From assembly GCA_964016885.1 (NCBI GenBank), contig OZ024740.1, positions 290,842,001-290,906,000 on the forward strand: 64,000 bases of DNA, given 5' to 3'. The notes under the pieces were generated by a model. The model did not search any database. It saw only the letters and a list, made by a program, of their open reading frames with translations, and had not been told where the DNA came from. Of this stretch, positions 55,668 to 64,000 are shown piece by piece; position 1 is the stretch's first letter, and each line of letters starts with the position of its first letter. Source of the DNA: Eledone cirrhosa. Its lineage: Eukaryota. The translations under genes and the position numbers were made by a program.

Positions 55668-56008
55668 TAAAAAAGGGTAAAGACCCCCTTCGATCACGAA
55701 TGACCATGGAATTTGCACCTAGAAAGTTTCCCCTCCAAGGCACAAGTCTGGGCAAGGTTATTTGTGGAAGACCAGCAGTTGCTCATGCTTACCAGCCTCC
55801 CCTCTCCATGCCACTGATGTTGTCCAAGGTAAAGGCAATGGCCGATGCAGCTTGGCACCAGTGACGTCGCAACTACAGCTGAGTAAACTGGAGCAACATG
55901 AAATAAAGTGTCTTGTTCGAGGACACAACGCATCACCCGGTCCGAGAATCGAACTCACAACCTTCCAATTGCAAGCCCAAAGCTCTAACCACTAAGCCAT
56001 GCACCTTC
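55668..56008 (-). mobile_element. tRNA-derived SINE family B, full length
   Basis: Minus strand: ggtgcatggcttagtggttagagc (A box), gagttcgattctc (B box), ttgtgtcctcgaacaagacacttt (CORE/V-type central motif-like) and tail ctttacccttttt. Confidence 0.85.
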
Positions 56009-56092
56009 ATAGTGCCAGGTAAGTCCTTAATATTTTAGTACCTTATTAGACATGAATTTAGAAATAGTATTTCTAAATTGTCATCAGTGGTG

Positions 56093-56268
56093 TAGGCAAT
56101 GCTGTGTGGTTAAGAAGTTCACTTGGTAACCATGTGGTGCTAAGTTCAATCCCTCGCACAGCACCTCAACAGATTAACCAATGCTGTATGAGCAAAATTT
56201 GGTTGATGGAAACTATGCAGAAGCCTGTTGTGTGCAGTACATATATGTAATGTGAGTGTGTGTGTGTG
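56093..56268 (+). mobile_element. Degenerate tRNA-derived SINE family C ending in (TG)n
   Basis: tgctgtgtggttaagaag (A-box-like), agttcaatccc (B box) and a 3' (TG)n tail. Confidence 0.6.
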
Positions 56269-56883
56269 TATGCCAATATACATTGATAAAAAGAGTAAGC
56301 ATTGACAATAATATCGATACCTGTGCCTTTGAACTAAAATACTGTTATATTTGTTGTGCTTTTAGTTACACTAACACTGTCACTCTGTCAATTGTAAATA
56401 CCCATACACAAGTATCTAACTCATTAGAAACCTATAACCAATAATATTGCTGCTCAAAAATGTATGATATAAAATATAATACTCAGATAGCTGACGTCAT
56501 CCATAAAAACAGAATGATAACAGTCTATCTGAGGAAGGAACCCTGTGAGTTGAGGTGGCTGTTGCAGCATGTGTCCGAGGAAATGTCTTTGCTATTTTGT
56601 CCACAGGGCACAACCAAAACACCACTCTGACCTAGGGTCTAGAGTCTGTCACCCTCTCCCCTTCCCCATTTCCTTCTTCCTTAGTCTAATAGTCCTTGCT
56701 CTTCCCCTCCTAATCTTCCCATTTATGACATTTATAGTCCTTCCCAATGTTGTTTTCTTTTTCTGTATGTTTAACCAATTCATAGTTATACTAATTGCTG
56801 TAAACTAGAAATGAAATATCTTATTGAATACTCAGAGATAGAAGCATATTTATTCCTTGTGGCAGGCAAAAAATAAAATAATA

Positions 56884-57745
56884 AAAATGGGCTGAAGACA
56901 ACAATATGCAATTTAATGCAGGTAAGTTTCAAGCTCTCCGCTATCAACCCACAAACATAGGACCACCACAACAACGGTACACTGGACTCAAAATCAATAT
57001 GGGACCTGGGTATTGACATGAACAATGATGCATTGTTTCATGCATACATTATCAAAATATCAGCAATGTGCAGATGACTGGTGGATTAGATTCAGAGGAC
57101 TTTCAAGATAAGAGACCCGGAAATCATGTTGGCCCTCTGGAGAACTTTCGTCCTCAGCCAACTAGACTATTGTTCTCAGCAGTGATAGTCTCACAGTGTC
57201 AAACAACCAACAAAACTTGGAGCAATCCAATGAAGCTACACCAAGATGATTGCCTCAAAGAAAGAGATGAGCTACTGGGAAAGGGTGACAAAACTAAAGC
57301 TTTATTCCCTGGAGCGGAGATGGGAGAGATACGCAGTGACATACATATGGAAGGCCCTGGAAGGGTTAGCAGCAAACTTTGGCATTAAAGGCAGGATAAG
57401 CCCACAAACAGGACACCATTGTGTAATGCCAAAGGTCCCATCAAGAATAAGGACAACATACTGTAATAGCCTAGGGTTCAAGGGACCCCAGCATTATAAT
57501 AAGCTGCCAACAAATCTGAGAGATCTACGTGGTATGCATGTAGATGTTTTCAAGAAACATTTCAACATTCTACTGACCAAGATCCAAGATGAACCCACAG
57601 CACGAGACAAAGTGGAAATAAGGGTGACAGCAACAAACTCCCAATTGCATCAATGGCCAACCAAGGAAGGCTGGCTATAGAAAGTGTAGCATCAATGGCG
57701 GTGTCCCAGCATGGCCGCAGCCTATCAGCTGGAACAGAGTAAATG
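56884..57745 (+). mobile_element. 5'-truncated CR1-group LINE (RT C-terminus + 3' tail), disrupted
   Basis: KWAEDNNMQFNAGKFQALRY, DLGIDM, RTFKIRDPEIMLALWRTFVLSQLDYCSQ, SYWERVTKLKLYSLERRWERY..YIWK and GPQHYNKLP..FKK; 3' tail ggcggtgtcccagcatggccgcagcc..gctggaac. Confidence 0.85.
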
Positions 57746-57839
57746 TTGCTGTCATATGTTTGAAGATATATTTGGTCCTTTGTTCCAAGATTTGTTTTTA
57801 CATGGAACAGAAAAAATGCTATTTCTCATCTATGTCACT

Positions 57840-58945
57840 TTTTATCTTCTTTGAAGTTTACTCTCAGACCTTTTGATTCCAAATTCAGTTTCCACAATCA
57901 GAGTTTATTTTATAGGTTTCAGCTATATGGACCAAACCATCTGCATAGAGAAGTTCCTATGGGCAGCCTATTTTAAACTCCTCAGTTATGGTCTGAAGAA
58001 CTATGATGAACAGCAGTGGGCTAAGTACTGAACCTTGATGAACTCCTACATGTACCTTGAATTCCTCACTAAGCTCATTTCCTACTCTCACTTTACTGAC
58101 AGCTCCTCTGTACATAGCTTGCACTGCTCTCACAAGCCATTCTTCTACACCTAATTTCCTTAAGGACCACCAAATAATAGATCGAGGTACTCTGTCAAAG
58201 GCCTTCTCTAGATCAACAAAAGCTAAACAGGGGCTTATTTTGGTCTAGGAACTTCTCTTGTACTTGCCTCACTAAGAAGAGGACATCTGTAGTACTTTTC
58301 CCAGACATGTAACCAAACTGCATCTCATCTATTTTGACTCTTTCCTTAATTAGCTGCACTATAACTCTGTCAATTTCATAACTTGGTCCATTAGTTTTAT
58401 TCCTCTGTAGTTGCTCCTTTCTAGAGCATCACTTTTGCCCTTGTAGCAATTTATGATTGTCCTGCTGCACCAGTCATTGGGTATGAATTCATCATGTATT
58501 ACTTCATTTACTGTATGGGTTACTACCTCTCCTGATGGTCCTGCAGCTTTACGATTCTTCATCTCCTTGATTTACCTTTGACTCTAAAACTATCAACTTT
58601 AATAGCTGGTCCTCCGTTTGGGTAAGTTGGGGTAGTTTCTCTTCCTCCCATTCATTCCCTACATTCATCCATCTCTCATAGTAACATTTCCAGGCCTCTT
58701 TCTTTCGGGTATCACGGGTGCTAAGTGCACCAGCGTTATTTCTAACACATTTTCCCCCAACATCTTGATTTACACTAATACACTGCTTTGCAATACGGAA
58801 CCCTTCAGGTCTCTGATCCTCACATTTCAAGACATTGGCAAATTTACTTTCTTCAGCCTCTCTCCAAGCTGTGTATTTCCATTGCCTAGTTTCTTTCATA
58901 GCTACTTGGTACCAGTCTCTGCTACCCCCATTTTCCCAGTGTTCA
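57840..58945 (-). mobile_element. Decayed RTE-clade LINE fragment (linker + RT)
   Basis: Minus-strand WENGGSRDWYQ, KKEAWKCYYER, KAAGPSG, CYKGKSDALERSNYRGIKLMDQVMK, DLEKAFDRVPR, GVHQGSVLSPLLF, ELLYADG and LESKGLRVN. Confidence 0.9.
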
Positions 58946-59063
58946 ACTATATATATATATATATATATATGCTATCGCCGTATTTTGACTAAAGAAATTA
59001 AAGAAATTATTTAGCCTGATAGTGGGGTTAAGAACCCTCGGAGAAATGGAAAAAGATGAGTAT

Positions 59064-59135
59064 TGACGTACATGGGAGTAGAACCCACATATTTGGTTAT
59101 CCGGACCACTGTGCTACCATTTACACCAACACATC
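59064..59135 (-). tRNA. Second tRNA-like copy (B box mutated to GGTTCTACTCC)
   Basis: Reverse complement of 59,447-59,518 with ~3 changes; its D stem GTGT/GCAC pairs better. Confidence 0.65.
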
Positions 59136-59446
59136 ACCCGTCTTTTTCCATTCAAATTAGAAGCTATAAACTTAGCGACTATAATGTCAAGTAAGAATAT
59201 TTTCGAAACAGCGAGTGGGTTTGAAATTATTAGAAATGTTAGCTGTCGCTGTATTTTGACTAAAGAAATTAAAGAAATTATTTAGCCTGATAAAGAAATG
59301 GAAAAAGATGAGTATTGACGTACATGGGAGTCGAACCCACATCTTTGGTTATCCGGACCACTGTGCTACTATTTGAATACATAATGAATTCATACCCAAT
59401 GACTGGTGCAGCAGGACAATCATAATTTGAATGGAAAAAGACGGGT

Positions 59447-59518
59447 GATGTGTTGGTGTAAATGGTATCACAGTGGTCCGGATAACCAAAGATGTGGGTT
59501 CGACTCCCATGTACGTCA
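59447..59518 (+). tRNA. tRNA-like pseudogene / SINE head (72-nt cloverleaf; non-canonical anticodon loop CCGGATA)
   Basis: Folds as GATGTGT TG GTGT AAATGGTA TCAC A GTGGT CCGGATA ACCAA AGAT GTGGG TTCGACT CCCAT GTACGTC A. A box TGGTGTAAATGG, B box GGTTCGACTCC, T5 at 59,528-59,532. Confidence 0.7.
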
Positions 59519-59861
59519 ATACTCATCTTTTTCCATTTCTCCGAGGGTTCTTAACCCCACTATCAGGTTAAATAATTTCTTTAATTTCTTTAGTCAAAAT
59601 ACGACGATAGCTTACATTTCTAATAATTTCAAACCCACTCGCTGTTTCGAAAATATTCTTACTTGATATATATATATATGTGTGTGTGTGTATATAGTTG
59701 AACAAATAAAACACAGAGATGCAACAATTCAAAATACAAAGTCTTACTAAGATCATGCTTGGGAGGTAGTGGAGGAGGGTTCTACATGTCAAACGGAAGT
59801 CCATCTTTAGGAAATGGAGAGGGAGAGAACAAGTAGGTACATGAAAGTTTGAAAAAGATTG

Positions 59862-59941
59862 TTACATACATACATGCATGCATGCATGCATGTATGTATG
59901 TATGTATGCATGCATGTATGTATGTAGAGAGAGAGAGATAG
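59862..59941. repeat. Compound microsatellite (TACA/CATG/TATG)n(AG)n
   Basis: Read directly from the sequence. Confidence 0.9.
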
Positions 59942-59974
59942 AAAGCGAATCAATCCTAATTCTAGAATGGTCCT

Positions 59975-60095
59975 TTTTTATTGACCTTGAAAGGATGAAA
60001 GGCAAAAAATTTGACCTAGGTGGGATTTGAACTCAGAGAGCAAAGAGCTAAAAAATTCTATTTGTCGTACTAGCGACTCTGCTAATTTGCCACCT
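59975..60095 (-). mobile_element. SINE family A copy
   Basis: ttgaccttgaaaggatgaaaggcaaaaaatttgacctaggtgggatttgaactcag...gactctgctaatttgcc. Confidence 0.75.
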
Positions 60096-60341
60096 CTACA
60101 CAATAATAAGTGTATAACATTTCAGATAAGAAAGGGTAAACTGTACAAAAATTATCTACCTAATTAAGTTCTCCCAATTACTCAACTATATTTAAAACTA
60201 GCTGAGGTACCTGGTAATACCCAGGAGCGGGGGTATTCCCAGTTCCCATTAAAATGCCTAATGACCAAAAATGAAATCAAAATGTAGGACAGATAATCAA
60301 AAGCAAAGACAAATTCATTTACGAAACAATAATACAAACAA

Positions 60342-62556
60342 ATTGTCGGGGAGAAGTGTGTCCTTAATGATGATGGTGTACTTGCCATCACTGACGCTGA
60401 TAAGAAGGTAGCTTGGAAGTGTCACTACGAAAGGCTACTAAATGAGGAGAATAAATGGGAGAAAGACAGTCTACCACATCGATCCAATAGAGGGACCAGC
60501 AGTGTTAGTCGAAGGTAGTATAATAAGTAAGGCAATCAAAGATATGAAGACGGGTAAGGCGGCTGGGCCTTCGGAAATAGTTGCTGAAATGCTGAAAGCT
60601 TCTGGAACGGTGGGACACACTATGGTCACCCGGATAGTAAACCAAGTCATACAGAATGGGGTTGTTCTGAAGGACTGGCATAGCAGCATCATCATTAACT
60701 GCTACAAGGGTAAAGGAGATGCCCTAGATAGGAGTAACTATAGAGGCATTAAATTAATCGACCAGGTCATGAAGGTCACAGAAAAAGTAATAGCGCAACT
60801 AATCAGAGAGCAAATTGATCTAGATGAAATGCAGTTCGGGTTTGTGTCAGGTAAAAGTACCACAGACGCTCTTTTCATTGTACGACAACTACAGGAGAAG
60901 TACCTAGCTAAAAGTAAACCCCTATACTTAGCCTTTGTCGACCTGGAGAAAGCCTTCGACAGAGTTCCCCGTTCCATTATCTGGTGGGCTCTTAGAAAAC
61001 TAGGTGTTGATGAATGGCTTGTGAGAGCTATACAAGCCATGTATAAAGAAACAGTCAGCAAGGTTAGAATTAACAACGAATATAGTGAAGAGTTTAGCGT
61101 AAAAGTTGGTGTTCATCAGGGCTCCGTTCTTAGCCCCCTACTATTTATTATTGCCCTTCAGGCTATAACAGTGGAGTTCAAGAGCGGCTGCCCATGGGAA
61201 CTCCTATACGCAGATGATCTAGAGCTCGTAACTGAATCAATGGCTGAACTAGAGAAGAAATTCTAAACATGGAAGCATGGCCTAGAATCAAAAGGCCTTA
61301 AAATTAACCTGTCTAAGACTAAAGTTCTAGTTTGTAGGAAGGAAAATAGGGCACCGGTCCCATCCGGGAAATGGCCATGCTCAGTGTGTAGGAAAGGAGT
61401 AGGTGGAAACTCCATTTTATGTCCCAAATGCAAAGTATGGGTGCATAAAAGATGTAGTGGGATCACAGGTAAGCTAACTAAGAACATAGATTTTATATGT
61501 GGCCGGTGCTCTGGTGCAATAAGTAGCAGCAAGTGCCCACAGAATACTAGCTCATTCCATTGCACAGATGGTTCTATAGAAATAGTGGACACCTTCCGTT
61601 ACTTGGGTGACAAAATCAGCAGTGGTGGAGGGTGCTCTGAAAGTACACTAGCTAGAGTCAGAACTGGATGGAAAAAGTTCAGAGAGCTTATACCACTATT
61701 AGCCGCTAAAGGGTTCTCTCTAAGAATAAAAGGCAGGCTCTATGATGCCTGCATACGAACAGCAATGTTACATGGCAGTGAGACCTGGGCATTGTGTGCA
61801 GAGGATATACGCAGACTGGAGAGGAACGAAGTTTGCATGCTCCGCTGGATGTGTAATAGTAATATACGTGAACGGCAAAGCATAAACGAACTAAGGTAAA
61901 AATTAGAAATAAGAGGGATCAGATGTTGTTTACTCGAGAGAAGACTACGTTGGTATGGTCACATGATGCGCAAGAAAGACGACAGCTGTATAAAAAAGTG
62001 CAGGGCGATAAAAATAGACGGTAGCCACGGAGTAGGCAGACCCAGAAAAACCTGGGACAACTGATAAATTCCGACCTCACACACTTACACCTCTCCAAGA
62101 CAATGTCACTGGACCGAGATCTTTGGCGCTACACAGTAATACAGAAGACCCACCTTACCTAAGTACAAAGTGAAACCTACTATAGTCAGTAGGCACCTCT
62201 AACAAAAATACACCTCCATCCCACTACCCCCACCCCATCCACACCACCCCTTTCAATGTAAAGTTATGTTGGTACCACAACATCCAGTCCAAAACAAATG
62301 AGGTCATGTAGGTGTCACGACAAAAAAACACACAGTCCACGCTGTAATGTGGCCGTGTAGGTAACACGGTAAAAACCTCCCAGTCCACACTGTAAACGTG
62401 GTTGGTGTTAGGAAGGGCATCCAGCCGTAGAAAACCCGCCAGACAGTCCTATGCGAGCAAGACAACCACTCTTGCCTCAAGTGGGAAAACTCCCGTCCAA
62501 ACCCATGCAAGCGTGGAAGATGGACGTTAAACGATGATGATGATGATGATGATGAT
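60342..62556 (+). mobile_element. 5'-truncated RTE-clade LINE, relatively young: RT domain, PHD finger, C-terminal domain, 3'UTR, (GAT)8 tail
   Basis: KAAGPSE, NYRGIKL, QFGFVSGKSTTDA, FVDLEKAFDRVPR, GVHQGSVLSPLLF, LLYADD (YADD at 61,207-61,218), RRLRWYGH and GRPRKTW. Tail ggaagggcatccagccgtag...ggacgttaaac(GAT)8. Confidence 0.95.
60345..62060 (+). pseudogene. RTE ORF (reverse transcriptase) pseudogene
   Basis: Track ORFs 60442-61266 and 61384-61899 share a frame. Interrupted by TAA at 61,264 and 61,897 and by frameshifts near 60,478 and 62,060. Confidence 0.9.
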
Positions 62557-62809
62557 GAAATATTGTTGATTGCATTGGTCAGGTGAAAAAATGTTTGTCA
62601 GAAGTTGAGTGTTGCTATAAGGAAAAAATAGAACATAGAGTGTCTTAATATTATTGAAATTTGCTGAAATTTTGTGAATAGGCATCATATCTTGTCATCT
62701 ACCTATGGTTTAAATTTCATATAAATCGAAGGGAAAATCCACTTTTTTACCAAAAGATTTAATCTCAAAAACCACGTCTTATACACAGAACATAACAACA
62801 ATATCTACT

Positions 62810-63025
62810 TGAGGCACAAGGCCAGTAATTTTTTGGAGAGGGTGGGGAGGAGTTTATTAAATTGACTCCAGTATTTGACTGGTACTTTATTTTATTGATC
62901 CCGAAAGGATGAAAGGCAAAGTTGAACCCAGACTGTAAAACAGCCAGAACAAATGCTGCAGTGGCATTTTATCTTAGACTTTAATGACTCAGCCAAGCCC
63001 CCTCCCCACCAAATATAATAACAAT
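62810..63025 (-). mobile_element. SINE family A copy (internally deleted)
   Basis: ggcacaaggccag...ctggtactttattttattgatcccgaaaggatgaaaggcaaagttgaac...ctttaatgactcagccaa. Confidence 0.75.
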
Positions 63026-63229
63026 GCATGCATGTATGGTCCCGTAACTCCTGAGGGAGTAGCTGGGGCACCATATTGACATACAGTGTTTCTTGAGCAT
63101 TTCTAAACCTGACGGAGTCCATCTCTTTCCAGGTCTGAATACAGCAGATTTCTTCCAGAGAAGGATAGAGAGAGTGAAAAAGGAAGTGAGAAAGAGATAT
63201 AGAGGAAGAATCGACCCCAGTACTAGACG

Positions 63230-63478
63230 GCACTTTTTTTTTATCGACCTTGAAAGGATGAAAGGTAAAGTTGACCTCAGCGGGATTTGAACTCAGAGAA
63301 CAGAGAACCAAAACAAACACCTCAAAGCATTCTATCTGACATTCTAATGACCTAATATAAAAATAACACCATTTTAATGACCCAGCCAACCCACCACCGA
63401 ATATTATAACAATAACAACACTTTAATGACTCAGCCAACCCACCCCGCCACAAAATATTATAACAATAACAACAACAA
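63230..63478 (-). mobile_element. SINE family A copy with tandemly duplicated 5' head/flank
   Basis: ttatcgaccttgaaaggatgaaaggtaaagttgacctcagcgggatttgaactcag, then two copies of tttaatgac[ct]cagccaacccacc...atattataacaataacaaca. Confidence 0.75.
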
Positions 63479-63822
63479 TAATAATATATATATATACTAC
63501 ACAAAAGCCATATATAATTATAGCTGTATATTTAAATAGATATAAAATAATAATAATAATGAAATTATTGTGTTCAGTGCTCAGGTGTACTACAACTCAT
63601 CAAAGGTGCATGTATAGTATATAGAATAATGTACAAATGCATAGTTTGGGATGTTTTAATACATAATCAACATCAATACTATATGCATTACTAACTATCT
63701 TATTTTATATTCTATTCTTACTTCTCAGTCTTTTTTTCTTTTTATATTAAAAACATCAATTTACTACTGTAAATAAACATGTTTAATGGAAAAGTTTTTT
63801 TTTTAGATATTTATATATATAT

Positions 63823-63878
63823 ATGGCGGTTCCCCAGCACGGTCTCAGCCTTGTCGGCTGGAACAGGTAGTAGAGTAA
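63823..63878 (+). mobile_element. Isolated CR1-type 3' tail next to (TA)n
   Basis: atggcggttccccagcacggtctcagccttgtcggctggaacag resembles 57,695-57,737. Confidence 0.6.
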
Positions 63879-64000
63879 TAGGTGGTAGATATGGATGAAA
63901 GTATTTGTAAATATATAGTAATCAGTGTTTAATGTAGCACAAAATAACTCATAGGGCTCTTTTATGTTTGAAATAATTTTTTTAATACCAGGTTTGTTAA

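Larger units (their letters stand above)
58940..59704. repeat. Fold-back of a ~271-bp tRNA-containing unit: two leftward copies and one rightward copy, bounded by (TA)n and a 14-bp inverted end
   Basis: Copy A 58,971-59,159, copy B ~59,187-59,369 (period 271) and inverted copy C 59,423-59,666. Ends tgttcaactatata (58,940-58,953) / tatatagttgaaca (59,691-59,704). Confidence 0.92.

Noticed and set aside
56528-56600. CTGAGGA...GAAA hammerhead / Penelope-tail-like motif
   Set aside because: I could not build convincing stems I-III or a cleavage triplet. An Infernal search with hammerhead models would be needed.
59447-59518. Functional tRNA-Ser(GGA)
   Set aside because: No U33 or purine-37, short variable arm, three G-U pairs in the acceptor stem, and part of a repeated unit.
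60442-61266. RT ORF as an active, domesticated or telomerase-like reverse transcriptase for the array
   Set aside because: It is an ordinary RTE LINE RT: 5'-truncated with no endonuclease, two nonsense codons and frameshifts, and no sequence link to the satellite.
57840-62556. Opposite-facing RTE pieces as one twin-primed insertion
   Set aside because: They cover the same ORF segment and are clearly diverged from each other, so they are separate insertions.
49999-63389. Remaining short ORFs (60-165 aa) in the flank
   Set aside because: Antisense or out-of-frame readings of SINE/LINE remnants and microsatellites, with no supportable exon structure.

Overview
Eukaryotic (metazoan) genomic DNA with no recognisable host gene. 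The SINE/LINE families look like octopus/cephalopod repeats; that assignment is recall-based inference. Bases 1-47,787 are one uninterrupted, strand-asymmetric satellite with a ~19-bp monomer (consensus CCCAAATAAAAAACGGA[TC/CA]). Its variant monomers are ordered into ~0.6 and ~1.15-kb cassettes and re-duplicated at many periods (about 3.4, 4.46, 1.84, 1.47, 1.43, 1.88, 1.2 and 1.8-2.4 kb). The many Phe/Gly/Trp-rich minus-strand ORFs there are an artefact of that composition. The array ends, through a 5-9 nt microhomology, exactly at the tip of a ~570-bp fold-back inverted duplication (47,783-49,304). This geometry resembles an inverted duplication capped by a terminal G-rich repeat and is the best candidate for something new here (a possible non-canonical telomere or subtelomeric cap). 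Bases 47.8-64 kb are a retroelement graveyard: a Gypsy protease remnant, an L1/Tx1-like 3' end, four RTE-clade LINE pieces (the best preserved has a PHD finger right after the RT core), CR1-group pieces and several tRNA-derived SINEs. A second fold-back (58,940-59,704) is built from 72-nt tRNA-like Pol III units, with a 50-bp locally templated insertion at its axis.
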